From an uncultured Gemmatimonadota bacterium (lineage in GTDB: Bacteria; JAAXHH01): DNA of 64,000 nt. The notes under the pieces are model-generated. The model was not told the origin of the DNA. It ran no database searches and was given only the letters and a program-made list of their open reading frames with translations. The stretch lies in NCBI GenBank assembly GCA_951812955.1, contig OX638340.1:2912001-2976000 (forward strand), in the 5' to 3' direction. Of this stretch, positions 62,181 through 64,000 are shown in pieces; position 1 is the first letter of the stretch; every line of letters starts with the position of its first letter. Made by a program: the position numbers and the translations under genes.

Positions 62181-64000
62181 ATGGTTAATCTAGTACAGTC
62201 GTTTACGAGCCAGTGGAAGCAGGCGACGTTTGCCAGTGTGATCATGACATTGATCCTCATTCCTTATAGCTTCGCACTCTCGGCACTGATATTCCACGGT
62301 CCGCTTCAATCATTCACCTTGCCCGGGACCGGCCTACTGATATACGGCGCATTGATCTCCTGCTTATTGTTTGCCCTGGCCGGCAGCCACCGTGGTGTGC
62401 TCGCCGGGCCACACGAAATCGCCGCCGCGGCGTTCGCAACGATGAGCGCCGCCGTTGGAGTGAGTATGGTGAACGCGCCTGCCGAAGCGACTTTCATGAC
62501 CATGATCACTCTGTTCATACTCACCAGTGTGATTACAGGCCTGATCTTCTTTGGGATCGGTATCAGCCGGCTGTCCTACTTGCTGCGTTTCATCCCCTAT
62601 CCGGTTGCGGCCGGGTGTTTCGCCGGTTTCGGCTGGATTCTCTGCGTGGCCGCCCTGTCTATGATGAGTTCGATGTCACTTGAATGGCATACACTTCCTC
62701 GCCTTTTCGATGCCGATACAGTTTGGAAATGGATACCTGGTATCGCATTCGGAGTCATTCTATTGGTTGTCACGCGACGCGGAAACGCCATTCCCGTTCT
62801 AATTTGGAGTTTCCTGATCCTCACCGGAGTTTTTCATCTGGTTCTTTACGTTTTTGGCATTTCGATTGAAACGGCCAAGTCGGCCAATCTCCTTTGGTCC
62901 GGAAGCGGCGTTACCGGCGGCTTATGGCCCGTGTTCGGCCTTGATGATTTCAGCCTCGTGGACTGGAACGTGGTTGGGGAGCAGATTCCAGCGGTCATGG
63001 TCGTTGTATTGCTCATGGTACTGTGCTTGCTATTGAATTCGAACATAATGGAGGTGGCCTCCGGCGAGGAAATCAATCTTGACAAGGAATTCCGCGTGGC
63101 CGGCGCGGCGGGCATAATTGCCGGGGCGGGAGGCAGTCTCCCGGGGATACACTTCCCGGTATTGTCATCGACATCGCAAAAGCTGGGCGCCGACACGCCG
63201 TGGACGGGAGTCCTGACCTCACTGTGGTTAGGGTTGACCCTGATCTTCGGCAGCGCGGTACTGGAACTGATCCCGATATCATTAACAGGTGGGTTGCTGT
63301 TCTTCATTGGCGTTGACCTGCTGAACAACTGGTTGATTAAAGTCCGCCGGAGGGTCAGTGGAATCGAACACGGCGTCATCATCCTCATGGCACTGGGTAT
63401 TGTCGTCTTCGGATTTGTCGAAGGCATAGGCATCGGGATGCTTGCCAGCCTTTGTCCTTTGGCCGTTCATCTCCTACGGCTGGAACCGGTTGTGTCGTTG
63501 GAGACTGGAACGGACCATCGCAGCGCCAGGGTCAGGTCCGTACCCGACCGGGGCATTCTCCTTGCGCATGCTGAGCGGATCAAGATCGTCCGGTTGTGCG
63601 GCTATATGTACTTCGTCATAAATTACCGGTTGATGAATCACCTTAAGAAACTTATGGGACAGTCGCCTTCTCCGAAGTTCATCGTGCTCGACTGCTCGGA
63701 GGTCAAGTGGTTCGATGCATCTGCGATCAGTACGTTATGCATGTTTCTCTATACCACCGGATCCAGCGGGGTACGGGTCTTGTTTGCAGCCCCTCCAGCT
63801 CAGCTTCAGTCAAGTCTGGCTCATGATCTTCCAGACGCGTTGCGGAGCAGGATCTGGTTTGAAAAGAATCTGGACCATGCGCTGGAACGATGTGAAGACG
63901 CAATCATCGCGTCTGAAATCCGAAAACACGACGTTTCTTCGGAGGACGACCGGACAAACCTGCTGGATCTCGTGGGCGATGTAATGGAAGACCATCTTGA
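62181..64000 (+). CDS. SulP (SLC26) family anion transporter with C-terminal STAS domain, 3'-partial at the window edge
   Basis: I translated this by hand from the ATG at 62181. The frame stays open to the window end, so it is absent from the ORF track. The multi-TM core includes FIPYPVAAGCFAGFGW, EQIPAVMVVVL and GGLLFFIGVDL. It is followed by a STAS-like block, IKIVRLCGYMYFVINYRL...FIVLDCSEVKWFDASAIS. Confidence 0.8.
   Translation, partial: MVNLVQSFTSQWKQATFASVIMTLILIPYSFALSALIFHGPLQSFTLPGTGLLIYGALISCLLFALAGSHRGVLAGPHEIAAAAFATMSAAVGVSMVNAPAEATFMTMITLFILTSVITGLIFFGIGISRLSYLLRFIPYPVAAGCFAGFGWILCVAALSMMSSMSLEWHTLPRLFDADTVWKWIPGIAFGVILLVVTRRGNAIPVLIWSFLILTGVFHLVLYVFGISIETAKSANLLWSGSGVTGGLWPVFGLDDFSLVDWNVVGEQIPAVMVVVLLMVLCLLLNSNIMEVASGEEINLDKEFRVAGAAGIIAGAGGSLPGIHFPVLSSTSQKLGADTPWTGVLTSLWLGLTLIFGSAVLELIPISLTGGLLFFIGVDLLNNWLIKVRRRVSGIEHGVIILMALGIVVFGFVEGIGIGMLASLCPLAVHLLRLEPVVSLETGTDHRSARVRSVPDRGILLAHAERIKIVRLCGYMYFVINYRLMNHLKKLMGQSPSPKFIVLDCSEVKWFDASAISTLCMFLYTTGSSGVRVLFAAPPAQLQSSLAHDLPDALRSRIWFEKNLDHALERCEDAIIASEIRKHDVSSEDDRTNLLDLVGDVMEDHL

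Noticed and set aside
61643-64000. Calling the AT-richer end segment a genomic island or mobile element.
   Set aside because: No integrase, transposase, tRNA attachment site or flanking direct repeats are visible inside the window. Only a compositional shift is observed.

Overview
This is a 64 kb GC-rich window from an unidentified diderm bacterium, with TolC-like, MlaC-like and autotransporter genes present. It is densely coding. I call about 47 protein-coding genes, mostly from motifs I recognise in the translated ORFs. No database search was possible.

I found no rRNA, tRNA, CRISPR array, transposase, integrase or phage gene. Most of the long ORFs in the six-frame track that lie antisense to these genes are GC-driven shadow ORFs.

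Gene content, in order:
- 0.1-10.9 kb: a translationally coupled envelope-lipid or head-group cluster. It holds two nucleotidyltransferase/CDP-alcohol-phosphatidyltransferase fusions, a SAM methyltransferase, a MOP flippase, TolC-like, DUF3047-like and MlaC-like proteins, an alkaline-phosphatase-superfamily enzyme and a radical SAM enzyme.
- 10.9-16.6 kb: one 1900-aa ORF that is a head-to-tail fusion of two complete UvrA proteins.
- 16.8-25 kb: housekeeping and oxidoreductase genes (Gfo/Idh/MocA, SDR, DUF971, a Tat-signal class V aminotransferase, a cold-shock protein, an S58 peptidase).
- 25.2-35.2 kb: a PD40/metallohydrolase protein, a PhyH dioxygenase and a 2147-aa surface protein. The surface protein is built from seven Cache-like and four Calx-beta-like modules, a Big_2 domain and an autotransporter barrel, and contains a 1269-bp internal tandem duplication.
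- 35.4-45.7 kb: a frameshifted PLP decarboxylase, ahcY, a MATE transporter, dtd-maf, and kptA.
- 45.7-53.9 kb: an aldehyde:ferredoxin oxidoreductase, a second PhyH, a sulfatase-fold enzyme without the formylglycine motif, and sugar isomerases.
- 53.9-61.6 kb: a 1206-aa three-domain fusion (fatty acyl-CoA reductase, truncated adenylate-forming domain, HAD-IB phosphatase) coupled to a Zn alcohol dehydrogenase, then an FHA-GAF-PP2C phosphatase.
- 61.6-64 kb: a more AT-rich end segment. It carries a SulP/STAS transporter that runs off the window and is missing from the ORF track.

The most unusual items are the Cache-array autotransporter, the single-chain double UvrA, the reductase/adenylate-forming/HAD fusion and the lipid head-group cluster. 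Smaller signals include a 30-bp periodic intergenic repeat family, an in-frame 69-bp duplication across a stop codon, and several near-consensus TTGACA/TATAnT promoters.
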